44,582 bases of DNA. Source: Chiloscyllium plagiosum. Lineage: Eukaryota. Of this stretch, positions 43,342 through 44,582 are shown in pieces. The notes under the pieces were generated by a model. The model was given only the letters and a program-made list of their open reading frames with translations, was not told the origin of the DNA and did not search any database. The stretch is from NCBI RefSeq assembly GCF_004010195.1, contig NC_057718.1, positions 34,206,384 through 34,250,965 of the forward strand. The letters run 5' to 3'. The stretch's first letter is position 1, and each line of letters starts with the position of its first letter. Position numbers and translations under genes: made by a program.

Positions 43342-44582
43342 CATAGAACATAGAACATAGAACATAGAACAATACAGCACAGAACAGGCCCTTCAGCCCA
43401 CAATGTTGTGCCGAACATTTGTCCTAGCTTAAGCACCCATCCATGTACCTATCCAATTGCCGCTTAAAGGTCACCAAAGATTCTGACTCTACCACTCCCA
43501 CAGGCAGCGCATTCCATGCCCACACCACTCTCTGGGTAAAGAACCCACCCCTGACATCCCCCCTATACCTTCCACCCTTCACCTGAAATTTATGTCTCCT
43601 TGTAACACTGTTGTACCCGGGGAAAAAGTCTCTGACTGTCTACTCTATCTATTCCTCTGATCATCTTATAAACCTCTATCAAGTCACCCCTCATCCTTCG
43701 CCGTTCCAACGAGAAAAGGCCGAGAACTCTCAACCGATCCTCGTACGACTTCCTCTCCATTCCAGGCAACATCCTGGTAAATCATCTCTGCACCCTCTCC
43801 AAAGCTTCCACATCTTTCCTAAAGTGAAGCGACCAGAACTGCACACAGTACTCCAACTGTGGCCTAACCAAAGTCCTGTACAGCTGCAACATCACTTCAC
43901 GACTCTTGAATTCAATCACTCTGCTAATGAACGATAATACTCCATAGGCCTTCTTACAAACTCTATCCACCTGAGTGGCAACCTTCAAAGATCTATGTAC
44001 ATAGACCCCAAGATCCCTCTGTTCCTCCACCTGACTAAGAACCCTACCATTAACCCTGTATTCCGCATTCTTATTTGTTCTTCCAAAATGGACAACCTCA
44101 CACGTGGCAGGGTTGAACTCCATCTGCCACTCCTCAGCCCAGCTCTGCATCATATCTAAGTCCCTCTGCAGCCGACAACAGCCCTCCTCACTGTCCACAA
44201 CTCCACCTATCTTCGTATCATCTGCAAATTTACTGACCCACCCTTCGACTCCCTCATCTAAGTCATTAATAAAAATTACAAACAGCAGAGGACCCAGAAC
44301 TGATCCCTGCGGAACTCCACTTGTAACTGGGCTCCAGGCTGAATATTTACCATCTACCACCACTCTCTGCCTTCGACCGGTTAGCCAGTTTTCTATCCAA
44401 TTGGCCAAATTTCCCTCTATCCATGCCTCCTGACTTTCCGCATAAGCCTACCATGGGGAACCTTATCAAATGCCTTACTAAAATCCATGTACACTACATC
44501 CACTGCTCTTCCCTCATCCACATGCTTGGTCACCTCCTCGAAGAATTCAATAAGACTTGTAAGGCAAGACCTACCCTCCACA
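43342..44582 (-). mobile_element. Young CR1 LINE 3' part (RT domain), continuing beyond the window
   Basis: YMDFSKAFDKVPHG, GVPQGSVLGPLLF, KFADDTKIGG, LEYCVQFWS; TGA at 43782-43784 and frameshifts near 43600 and 44420; tail reads (CATAGAA)4 on + at 43342-43369. Confidence 0.96.

Overview
Eukaryotic, AT-rich, repeat-dense sequence with two assembly gaps (N 8594-9398 and 11025-11417). The repeat inventory (HE1/V-SINE, CR1 LINEs sharing its tail, Deu-type SINEs) points to a cartilaginous fish, most likely a shark; this comes from recognising repeats, not from a search. I recognise no host protein-coding exon, so the window looks intronic or intergenic. All convincing coding sequence is transposon-derived: a near full-length disabled CR1 LINE (9399-12783, +; esterase ORF1, APE and RT), a second young CR1 RT running off the right end (-), about a dozen older CR1/L2 fragments, and decayed PIF/Harbinger transposase remnants (best at about 29520-30470, -). 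The most interesting signal is a set of short dispersed Penelope-type terminal repeats, often folded back on themselves. Their combined consensus is a minimal hammerhead ribozyme (CUGAUGA-A-stem II-GAAAC-GUC), with a compensatory base pair in stem II and a second family using a different stem. No single copy here is fully intact. Other observations: a 19-bp minisatellite that appears to have grown out of a SINE, a locally templated insertion flanked by a duplication, a TA-flanked MITE, and a few CpG-retaining unique blocks and splice-site-flanked candidate exons. Boundaries of old repeats are approximate, and family names come from recalled consensus sequences.
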